From: Octopus vulgaris | Lineage: Eukaryota | Direction of reading: 5' to 3' | Assembly (NCBI GenBank): GCA_951406725.2 | Contig: OX597825.1 | Coordinates: 40,238,001 to 40,302,000, forward strand | Length of the DNA: 64,000 nucleotides | Shown here: in pieces, positions 14,072 to 25,726 of the stretch | Layout: each line of letters starts with the position of its first letter | Numbering within the stretch: the stretch's first letter is position 1 | Position numbers and translations under genes: made by a program | Notes under the pieces: model-generated | Seen by the model: the letters and a program-made list of their open reading frames with translations, nothing else | Database searches by the model: none | What the model was told of the DNA's origin: nothing

Positions 14072-14804
14072 TATATGTATTTATATAGGTATCTATATAT
14101 TCATACATACAGGCTAAAAATATACATAATATAATCATGATCACAATGACTTACTAACCTGGCAATGCTAATCAAATTTGGTGCCTGTGTGCTCGTGAGA
14201 ACACTTTGATACCCTACAGGCCATCTCAGAACTCACCTACGCAGAGTTTAGGATGTAAAATTTAGGAGGATATCAGATTACACACCACTTGGTGGTACTT
14301 ATTATTGCTGAGTAGACTCAGCACATTGGTCCATATATTATATATGCAATCTAAAATACACACACACCGACATATGAAATATATACATGCATACGTATAT
14401 ATCATTATATATATATATATATATATATATATAGGTTATAAAATGAGATAGGGGTTGAAAATTCAACCCACCATGGGATAATATATATCCAATATACTGC
14501 TAGATAGGTACCCAACAAAAATAATACATAGATGTTAAAAATTGTCAAGCAATCAGTTCATCTATTGTATTAAATGGGTAAAGGTAATAATATTACCGTA
14601 AATTAATACTACAAAATTAGAGAATGGAGAAACATACTTAAATCAGTAAAACATCAACTATCCGATGATACTCAATCCATACTTTAATACACCATTACAT
14701 ATGAGTAAAGGCAATATATAAAATGAAATGAGATATACAGTAATAGTAAAAGTAAAAGGATAAAGAGATATAAGTAAAATTTCAAATATAATATGCAAGT
14801 AAAT

Positions 14805-14921
14805 CAAAACTGACAGCTGTTTCGGCAGTGAGGACAGTCATACCTCATTTAACCTATAAGCCATAAAGGCAGGTATAAATGAGGCATTAACAAGGATGCC
14901 CCACGGCCTCTTCAGAGAATT
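14805..14921 (-). ncRNA. Mirror copy of the hammerhead in the left inverted arm
   Basis: GACAGCTGTTTCGGC ... GCCTCTTCAG is the reverse complement of 20250-20353 with one substitution. Confidence 0.73.
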
Positions 14922-15256
14922 AAATTAAATTTGTTATAATAGTGAAAAATATTATATAATCATATACATATAAATATAAAAATATAAAAATGTAAAATAT
15001 AAAAACTTATACATCATAATGCTACACTTATATAATATAATACACATTTGTACAAAAAGGAAGGTAAACAGAACAATATAAAACAAAATATATAACAGTG
15101 TATATATTAATATTAATAAGTACCGATATTATACATATTTGGCTAATAGTTTTTTTTATAAAAAAAGGGCTAACACATATGGAGATGAAAAATAATAATT
15201 AAATCCGTGGTACAGTTCATAAAATTCTAAAGCTATAAAAGTTAATAAAAATTACT

Positions 15257-15306
<50 letters not shown>

Positions 15307-16181
15307 TAATAATAATAAAAAATACTAAAAATAGATACAGTTAAGTTAGCACCAAGTCCATCCTTTCAAGATCGAAATAACTATGAGTTAAGAAATGCTG
15401 ACCACTAGGTAAAGAACATTTAGATTAATTCGATTGGCTATTGGTTTGAAATTTAAATCACAAAAGAAAATTATACGGTTGGTTAGTCAAGGAACGCCAA
15501 TATTCACACACGCATCTACAGATCAATCGCACATACACACATAGTTATATGTATATACATACACTTATACACATACAAAATTACAAGCAACAACTAGCAC
15601 TTAGATAAACAAAAAAGGGGAAGCAACTATGCTAACATTTAGTCCTTCAAAATTATAACTGAGCCTTAATAACAAAAAAAGAACCATCCATGCATTCTAT
15701 AAAATATTTAATTTAGATATAAATATATTTTTAAATATCAGTATGTTACTAATTCAGATAATTATTTCATGGGTAACTTAAAATTTATAACACCGGTTTG
15801 TTACAGAGTAAACATACGGTTGTTAGGTTTATCGTAAGTTTGTTATGATTTTAAGTACGCTAAATTATAAAATATAAAATATAAAATATATATTAATTTA
15901 GATATTATAAATAAGTCACTTATTAACTTAATAAATATAGTGCCATAATATACCAGTTTAGGCATTAAAGAATAGAAGGGGAAGTATTAATGTAAACGCT
16001 TATGAGAACATCACAGAAATTTTAAATAAATTTTATATTATAAAGACTTAAGATGAAAAGAGATAAAATAAATAAAAAAAAGGAATACATACGAAGGAAT
16101 AAATACGGTTATACACATAATTATAAGTACAAACTAGTATATATGTATTCATATATTATTAAGATTAAATACAAATAAATT

Positions 16182-18123
16182 TTTGCTAGAAAACACACTA
16201 AATTAAGTATGGGGGAGATTAAGGTTATACTAACAGCCAGGAAAACTTTAATAGAGTTTGATAATAAACTTTGGGCTAGAAAGGACACACCCAACTTGTT
16301 CGATATCACAATGGGATCGCCGGACTCAGCGGAGGTGACTGATCTAGTTGGGATGTATCTATTAGATAACTTTAGTAGGGAATTCCCTGAATTAAAAGGT
16401 GGATTATACAGGGATGACGCCTTATTTTGTGTTAGGAATACATCAAATAGGAGATTAGATCTTCTGAGAAAAAGAATAAATAAATTTTTTAAAAGCTTCG
16501 GCCTATCCATTATCATTGAAAGTGAAAATTATTCTGCTAATTATTTAGATGTTAATTGTAACATTACTAATGGTTCACATGAACCCTATATTAAACCTAA
16601 TTCTAACCTAATATACATTAACCGTTCTAGTAATCACCCCCCCAAATTAAAAATGCACTAGTGCGTAGCATTAGTCAGAGAATTTCTAGTTTATCCTCAA
16701 ACGAGGAAATTTTTAACAAACACTGTGATAGATACAATGCAGCATTACTTAAGGCAGGATATAAAAGTAAGATTTGGTTTATACCTAAGGGGAACCCCCT
16801 AATGGAGGTAGAACTATCAGGAACAACACAAATAGATTTAGGATAATCAACAATATACATAAGAATAGTAAAAATAGAATATATGATAACACCTATAATA
16901 AATGTAGAAGTGACGTTAACCTTGGAAAGGTGAACGGTAGCTCAAATAGATCTAAGCATACGGGTAATAGTAGTAATATTAATAATAATATACGAATTAA
17001 AACTTATGGTAGACATGATAATGGTAAAGTTTACTTGCGCAATAACCATGGTAATATTGATATAGATAGATATAATAATAACAGTGGTAAGAATAGTAAT
17101 CCTATGAGTTGGTCTACGAATAGGATTTTTACAAATAACATTAATTCTATAGGCAATCCTAATTCTGATAAGGATACTCTTTGGTTGATTATCCCGTATG
17201 CAATGCAGATTAAAACAAACATAGTGAGAGCTTTGCATAATGTTATTTTTAGGCATTTTGGTAAGGATAGGAATAAATTTAGTCCTTTAATTAACAACGG
17301 TACTGTTAGAGTGGGATATAGCATTACTCATAATCTAGCCACCATTATCTCCTCTTTTAATAACAAGAAACTGGATCACTTCTATAAGGATAGAAAATTG
17401 AATTTAGACCAGGATAACTTGCCCCTCTTCATTAATAATACGAATATAAATTTTCTTGGAACAAATGGGAACAACCTCCTTACTAATAATGAGTGCACTA
17501 TACCTGTCAGAGATAATATAAATGTAATAGATCATACTACTACTACCAATACTAGTACTAGTGATAGAAATATAGCCGATAATGTGAAATTAACTCATTC
17601 GTTGATTTTGGGTTTGGATGATGATAACAATTGTAACACTTATAATGTGAATAGTAGTATAGGGGTGGTGTCCAATCTTAGATTTCCTCATTCTGTTAAT
17701 CTTTGTAATTGCAGAAATAAAAATAAATGTGTATTTGGTAATCAATGCCTCAGGAAGGAGGTAGTTTACCAATGCACTGTAGATACACAATTGAGTAGTA
17801 GGGTGTATATCGGTGCAACTATGAATAGCATAAAACAAAGATGGAATTATCACAGATATACTTTTAGGAATAAAAATAGAATGTACTCTACAGGGCTAAG
17901 TGCATACATTTGGGAACTTAAAAGTAAGAACTTAGATTTTAGATTAAACTGGAAAATACTAACTTCAGCACCTGTGTATAATGGAAAAAATAAAAAATGC
18001 TCTCTATGTATTAATGAAATTTTCTTCATTATTAAAGCGGGTCGGCAAATTATTAACAACATTAATGAGAAAAACTTCTTTTGTATTCATAGGCTACCGT
18101 TCACCTTTTCTAGATTCAAATAG
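16182..18123 (+). pseudogene. PLE polyprotein (5'-truncated RT, thumb, Asn-rich linker, Zn-finger, GIY-YIG), split by two frameshifts
   Basis: FDITMGSPDSAEVTDLVG, GLYRDD, NYLDV, YINRSSNHPP, ISQRISSLSS, CNCRNKNKCVFGNQCL, VVY..YIG..KQRW..H, CSLCINE, CIH; frameshifts at ~16640-16653 and ~16790-16800. Confidence 0.92.
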
Positions 18124-19855
18124 AACTTAGCACTTCCACTATTATTAATTTTTTAATTCCCTTCTTTAACTAAATATACCTGTGGTCCTCTATAATTCTA
18201 AAGTATACAATTTATAAATTTCATAATTTTATAATTTTTATAGCTACATTTGTATAATAATTAATGGATGTGTCTAGTATTATTGGTTTCTTGATTTTTG
18301 TATGTGGGTTTTTGTTTGTTTTTTTAAGAGAAATGCAATATGACATAAAATAGCATATTCATTTTGGTATTTGCCTTGTAATGTGTGATTTTTGAAGTTT
18401 TCCAATATTGCATAGTATATTGCATAGTATATATGTATTTCTTGGTTAGATACCTAGCTCTAGATAATGTAATGATATTGTATAATATGTAATATATGAG
18501 AGCCTTTTGTGAGTTTGGTGGGTTTAGGTTGAGATTATAGCTTTTTTGTATGTGTTTATTTGGAAGGTTTTTATTATATATTTGGTCTTTTTGTACTCAC
18601 CTTAATTTGTATCTTATGCTATTCACTGATAAACCTTTTTCATTTTCTCATTTACATGCATTTTGCTTTATATTTTTTACCAGCCTCATATATTTAGTTT
18701 ATATCTATAGTCCTCTGGATCTGTACTTTAAACTATCCTTCCATACATATTTACTTTCAACAATATAAAATATATATAAAATATATATATTCACTTTATT
18801 TATTTTTGTTTATTTCCCATTTTATTGTAATATTATCAATCTTTGCATCTAGTCTTCTATTCATTTATTTATTTGCCTATTTAAGTGTAGATGTTTACAT
18901 ACATATCAAGTCATCTAATTTGTTACCTATTTATTTTTTACTTATTTACTTATACTGGTGTAGTTTTATACATACATATCTATCATTTATTTGTATTTAA
19001 TCTTAATAATATATGAATACATATATACTAGTTTGTACTTATAATTATGTGTATAACCGTATTTATTCCTTCGTATGTATTCCTTTTTATTTATTTTATC
19101 TCTTTTCATCTTAAGTCTTTATAATATAAAATTTATTTAAAATTTCTGTGATGTTCTCATAAGCGTTTACATTAATACTTCCCCTTCTATTCTTTAATGC
19201 CTAAACTGGTATATTATGGCACTATATTTATTAAGTTAATAAGTGACTTATTTATAATATCTAAATTAATATATATTTTATATTTTATATTTTATAATTT
19301 AGCGTACTTAAAATCATAACAAACTTACGATAAACCTAACAACCGTATGTTTACTCTGTAACAAACCGGTGTTATAAATTTTAAGTTACCCATGAAATAA
19401 TTATCTGAATTAGTAACATACTGATATTTAAAAATATATTTATATCTAAATTAAATATTTTATAGAATGCATGGATGGTTCTTTTTTTGTTATTAAGGCT
19501 CAGTTATAATTTTGAAGGACTAAATGTTAGCATAGTTGCTTCCCCTTTTTTGTTTATCTAAGTGCTAGTTGTTGCTTGTAATTTTGTATGTGTATAAGTG
19601 TATGTATATACATATAACTATGTGTGTATGTGCGATTGATCTGTAGATGCGTGTGTGAATATTGGCGTTCCTTGACTAACCAACCGTATAATTTTCTTTT
19701 GTGATTTAAATTTCAAACCAATAGCCAATCGAATTAATCTAAATTTTCTTTACCTAGTGGTCAGCATTTCTTAACTCATAGTTATTTCGATCTTGAAAGG
19801 ATGGACTTGGTGCTAACTTAACTGTATCTATTTTTAGTATTTTTTATTATTATTA

Positions 19856-19908
<53 letters not shown>

Positions 19909-20243
19909 AGTAATTTTTATTAACTTTTATAGCTTTAGAATTTTATGAACTGTACCACGGATTTAATTATTATTTTTCATCTCCATATGTGTTAGCCCTT
20001 TTTTTATAAAAAAAACTATTAGCCAAATATGTATAATATCGGTACTTATTAATATTAATATATACACTGTTATATATTTTGTTTTATATTGTTCTGTTTA
20101 CCTTCCTTTTTGTACAAATGTGTATTATATTATATAAGTGTAGCATTATGATGTATAAGTTTTTATATTTTACATTTTTATATTTTTATATTTATATGTA
20201 TATGATTATATAATATTTTTCACTATTATAACAAATTTAATTT

Positions 20244-20360
20244 AATTCTCTGAAGAGGCCGTGGGGCATCCTTGTTAATGCCTCATTTATACCTGCCTTG
20301 ATGGCTTATAGGTTAAATGAGGTATGACTGTCCTCACTGCCGAAACAGCTGTCAGTTTTG
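20244..20360 (+). ncRNA. Type-I hammerhead ribozyme motif with ~85-nt stem II domain
   Basis: CTGAAGA 20250-20256; GGC..GCC and GTGGGGCA/TGTCCTCAC; GAAAC-AGCT-GTC 20342-20353; stem I imperfect. Confidence 0.75.
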
Positions 20361-20556
20361 ATTTATTTGCATATTATATTTGAAATTTTACTTATATCTC
20401 TTTATCCTTTTACTTTTACTATTACTGTATATCTCATTTCATTTTATATATTGCCTTTACTCATATGTAATGGTGTATTAAAGTATGGATTGAGTATCAT
20501 CGGATAGTTGATGTTTTACTGATTTAAGTATGTTTCTCCATTCTCTAATTTTGTAG

Positions 20557-20587
<31 letters not shown>

Positions 20588-21245
20588 TATATGCGTGTGT
20601 GAGTTTCTTTCTCTGTGTGCGTGCGGTCTTTTGCGTGTGTGTGTGTGTGCATGTTTGAGATTTTTTACGAGCGTGTGTGGATGTGTATTAGTGGGAATTG
20701 ATGCACTACTTAAACGAGAAATTCGCCCCTCACGTCAATTTTTTTTATGAGAATTCACATTAAAATCCATCCGTTGCGAATGATAAACTGATTCAAAGAG
20801 AAACTTAATCAGCATTAAATATGAAACCTAACATATTTTATCCTCTAATTCGTTATTTCTCACTCGTTTTATTAATATTGTGTAATATGGGAACAAAAAA
20901 GCATCGACAGTTTCATCAATAGCGTTTGTATAGGTTTATATTTGTTTTTTTTAAATCTGTGTTTTGTCTTAAATTTAAAAGTTTTCCCAACAGAAATATT
21001 GAAAACGTCTGTCAAGATATATATATATATATATCTTAAAAGTTAAATTATCTTACTAATCACTCAAAGTAGCATTCAACTGAGCTGCAGAAAATATTTT
21101 GAGAAGATAGCAACTGCTTACTAATTTGTTAATTTATTTTCGTATTTCATAGAATAATTCAGTGTTTAACAATCAGGAGAAATCGTGTTTCAGCTTCTTT
21201 TGCGTTTTTAGACATAATAAAAATTGAGCGTTAATCACTTTCCAT

Positions 21246-21305
<60 letters not shown>

Positions 21306-21653
21306 TTTTATTTTTATGATATATTTCTTTAAGAATATTTTTTATTTCATAATACTCTCTTGTATAGATATCAAATTGCTAATGTAATTATTTACGTATT
21401 CTTGTAGTTAGTTATTTGTAATCACTGATGACAGATTATAAAATTTCTAGTGCAGACATTAAGCAGCTTCTACAAACTCTTGTATATTCCCTGAAACAGA
21501 ATATTGTACAAGTTATATTGGTATTTGACATTCAAAACATTTGGGGTTCTGTGTTTTCATCATTCGATTACTTGTATTCAAATACCTGTAAAACTTTTAA
21601 CGCTCTTCCTCATTTTGGAATTGATAACCCCGGTGTAATATTCCTTTCTCCTA

Positions 21654-21878
21654 TAGGCATAGGGCCAGAAATTTGGCGGGAGAAGCTAGTCGATTGTAGC
21701 TAGTAGTCAACTGGTATGCATTTCATCAACTCCTATAAGGATAGCAGGCAAATGTGAACTCGGCAATATTTGAACTCAACACACAAAGATAAATCAAATG
21801 CTTCTAAGCAATTTGTACTGTGTGGTAGCACCGCAGTGCATTGCTTGGCGCAATAACGATTCTGCCAAATTACTGCTT
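21654..21878 (-). mobile_element. tRNA-derived SINE family B, diverged copy
   Basis: Similarity to 22765-22980 (TTTGAACTCA, TAACGATTCTGCCA). Confidence 0.65.
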
Positions 21879-21904
21879 TCAGTTGCAAGGTAATAATAGT
21901 TTAT

Positions 21905-22090
21905 ATTAGTTTCAATTTTTAGTACAAGGCCAGCAATTTCAGGGGTGGTGGTAAGTCGATTACATTCATCCGAGTGCTCAACTGGTATTTGTTTTATCGA
22001 TCACGAAAGGATGAAAAGCAAATTCGACCTCGGTGACATTTGAACTCAAAATGTAAAAGCGGACAAAACGCTGCTAAGCATTTTTCCCGG
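21905..22090 (-). mobile_element. SINE family B
   Basis: GAAAGGATGAAAAGCAAATTCGACCTCGGTGACATTTGAACTCA. Confidence 0.8.
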
Positions 22091-22290
22091 TGGTAGAAAC
22101 GTTAGCACGACGGGCTTAGCGGTGTTTCTTCTGTCTTTACCTTCTGAGTCCGAATTCCACCGAGGTCGACTTTGCCTTTCATCCTTTCGAGGTCGATAAA
22201 TTATGTACCAGTTATGTACTGTGGTGTATCAAATCAACTGTTCCCCTCCCCAAAATTTTCGGGCCTTGTGCCTAGGGTAAAAAAGAATAT
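22089..22290 (+). mobile_element. SINE family B
   Basis: TTCTGAGTCCGAATTCCACCGAGGTCGACTTTGCCTTTCATCCTTTCG. Confidence 0.82.
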
Positions 22291-22764
22291 TATTAAGCAC
22301 ATTGGCATACGTTGTCATACTACATATAGCCACGAATATTTCACAAAGAAAAGAGTCTAGATTTTTTTTTATTATCAAAAATATTAACAAGAGACTATCA
22401 AAAGTGTGTGATGATTGTTTATTGGTATACATTTTAAACTACGCAAAATGAAATTTACCTCACAAAATGTCTCTATCATCATGTCACAAAATTGAAGACT
22501 TTTCTTCGGTATTTTATTTCCTCTTCAATGACAAAATCCATTGTTTCGAACTAATTAACTATTGAGAATTTAACCAGGTGGAAAACTGATAGCATGTTAC
22601 ATTGCATGATATACTTTGTAAAGGTATTTTTGAAATAATAATACGACTCAGTAATTGTAGGATTATTTTGTGACATCTGCTTTTCTGCGGAATCGCACTT
22701 TTCCCACTGTTTTATTGCCAGGGGTTATAATATGTACAATGCCAAAATAAGAAGTAAACTAACA

Positions 22765-22980
22765 TTGATTTCCAAATTTGGTACAAAGCCAGCAATTCCA
22801 GGGGAGGGTTAAGTCAATTATATAAATCCCAGTACTCGACTGATATTTATTGTATCCAATCCCAACAGGATGAAAGGCAAACTCGACTACTGAGGAATTT
22901 GAAATCAAAGTGTAATGACGGGTGAAATGCCTCTACACTTTTCACCTGGCGTGCTAACGATTCTGCCAGCTCACCGGCTT
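22765..22980 (-). mobile_element. SINE family B
   Basis: GGATGAAAGGCAAACTCGAC ... GCTAACGATTCTGCCAGCTCACCG. Confidence 0.82.
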
Positions 22981-23112
22981 AAATTAAGAAGTAAACTAAT
23001 ATTGGAAAGTGTGGTTGAGCGTAGAAATTTACAAAAACATAAAATACTAATCGTTGTCGAAGGAGGAAATATTTTGAAAGTCTGAAAAAAAATTAATATT
23101 ATTCGACCTTGT

Positions 23113-23332
23113 AAGGTGGTGACCTGGCAAAATCTTCAGCAGGCCGGACAAAACGCTCAGCGGCATTTCATCCCTCTTTACCTTCTGAGCACAAAATCCT
23201 TTGAAGTCGAGTTTACCTTTCATTCTTTCGGAATGGATAAAATAATAAGCAACTGAGGACTGAGGCGATGTAATCTACTTACGCCCATATCCGAAACTGC
23301 TGACCTTGTTCCAAGATTTGAAACCAATATTA
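23113..23332 (+). mobile_element. SINE family B
   Basis: GGTGGTGACCTGGCAAAATC head; GTCGAGTTTACCTTTCATTCTTTCGG; TTTGAAACCAAT tail. Confidence 0.8.
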
Positions 23333-23943
23333 TTCCCTTTTGTAGTATCAGAATTTTAATGTCAAACGCTCTGGCACGTATGCGATATTTAATTTAGGAG
23401 TTCTGGACATTAACCTGGAACATCGATCTTTCTCCAGAAAGATCACTTAATGAAAATAAAGTAGAAGAAATGTAAGAAAAAAATATGATTATCATTTTGT
23501 TTAATATATGCGAAAATTCGCGAAACCAAAGCCATCTAATGAGTTATAACAATTCCAATGTAAAAGAGAAAACAGCATCCACTAATTACGAATTACCTCA
23601 CGTCTCTATGCTTACTAAAGGGATCATCGAAAGGAAGCAAATGATACGAGTAGTAGTGACTTCTGTGTTTGTAGACAAATTGTCTTTGTTAATGTAATAG
23701 TTGCATGTTTGGGATATATTGTATACCTTGTCGACACATTGGAAGATTAGTTGAACCAGAATGCACCATGAATGCGATGAATGTTTCATATGGTCAGATA
23801 AATGAGTCATACAACAAAAGTTCATTGTATTTTTACATACAGGATACTGAAGAAAAGAATATATTTCTTTTCTAATTCTAGAGAAATCAAGTATGCTATT
23901 GCCTATGTTTCTATGTGTGTGTGTGTGTGAGTGTGTGAGTGTA

Positions 23944-23976
<33 letters not shown>

Positions 23977-25124
23977 TGGTGAGTACGCCCTTTCGTCTGC
24001 GTGTATATGCTTGAAAATAATTTGTTTATGCATAATTATAAATGCAAATATTTTGTACATCTCTACATGTGTAACAATTCATGAAAATCTTTCACATTCG
24101 AGTAGAGCAGGTGAGAATCTGGGTAAAGATTTGAGAGGAAATCAATAAATGGATACAAAAATAAATGACATTCTATCATGTTACAAGTTTTCTTGAACGA
24201 TTCTATTATATTTCGTGAATGAATGGCCATTGTGAATAGAGGAAACAATATACACAAAATGTGTTTAAGAACGAGTTGATAATGGCAGACAATTCTAGTG
24301 CTTTATTCGTAGGAAAATTTATATATAAGTTTGTAAATATATATATATACATATCCACCAATCCGTCCATGTGTATGTGTGTGCGTATGCGTGCGCGCTC
24401 GTCTGTCTGTTTCTCGGCCTCTCTGTCTGTGTCTATCTTTAATTCTGTGTTTGTACAGCATGGATTCATGACTGGGTTTTTATCTAAATACTTTCTGCAG
24501 CTCAGTTGCTAACATTGAGTATAAGCTTAATGGTCTGTATGAATACGTATATATGGACTCCGCAGAAAATTTAGAGTGGAATGCGAAAGCTATATTTTGT
24601 CTAATAGGCTCGACAGATTCGAATTCTTGAAACACGTTATTTTTTGTTGCTTTTGATATAATTCTATCTGCTTTTTTTGCGTGGTCTCTCATTATTATCG
24701 TGTGTGCTTTCGCAAAATCTTTCAAAATGAATACTATATCAGAACACACAAAGAAATAAGCAGCTAGATAAACAGATAACGGCATACAAAAATGACAGCG
24801 TAAAAAAAACCCGGATGTTCGATGCACCATAAAAATGTCTCTTATAAGCACTATAAACTTTTGGTCTTCATAACGCAGAACATCACAGGGGCAACAACTT
24901 GCATGCATACTATACATATTAGACGATTTTTTAGAATGTACGATAGTTCTCCATCTATTCGTAGCGTATTGGGTTATTCACGGAAAATTCTGCATAATAT
25001 TCTAAGAATGATTTTTTTAATCACTGAAACTGAATTATCCTGCTAAATATCTATAATTAAGGTGTGCTATTTTAAATTTCCATATAGTCTAGCAATGCAG
25101 ATTTATGTCACAATTTACTTCTTT

Positions 25125-25185
<61 letters not shown>

Positions 25186-25251
25186 CACTAGGAATTTTCT
25201 TCTTTAACATGTATGTACGTATGTATATATATGTATGTAAGTATATATGTA

Positions 25252-25405
25252 TATTTTTCTCTCCTTGTCTTTTTCTGTGTACCTTTCTGTAGAAGAGCGT
25301 AGGCACGAAACGTAAAAGACTTTTCTATTCCTGAGCGCTATACTAATACATCTGTCTGCTTTGTACACTACCTGTCTTCGTCTTCTTTTTTCGTAACCTG
25401 TCCCT
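25252..25405 (+). repeat. Short dispersed repeat (probably PLE-derived) with hammerhead-like motif
   Basis: CTGTAGAAGAGCGTAGGCACGAAACGTA; homologous to 31725-31900 (-) and 34732-34990 (-); ends at (TA)n. Confidence 0.65.
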
Positions 25406-25408
25406 ATA

Positions 25409-25483
<75 letters not shown>

Positions 25484-25726
25484 ATATACATATAATATAA
25501 ATAATATATAAGCATATGCATATATACATACATATATATGTATATACACTTGCATATATGGGCACAGGACATCAAACCAACTTTGAACACAATGAGAAAC
25601 GAAAACATAAAAACAAAAACATGGAAGCGAAATTTTTCAATCAACGAAAAAATAACAGAGAAGCAAAACATACAACACAAGGAATATTCGCCTTCTTCAG
25701 TTGTCGCTGTTTCATCTACTCCGCAT

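Larger units (their letters stand above)
14431..20559 (+). mobile_element. Naiad-clade Penelope-like element with ~1575-bp inverted arms (14606-16180 / 18985-20559), flanked by (TA)n
   Basis: Arms are reverse-complementary with only a few substitutions and repeat-length differences seen; internal RT + GIY-YIG coding region; hammerhead in both arms. Confidence 0.9.
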
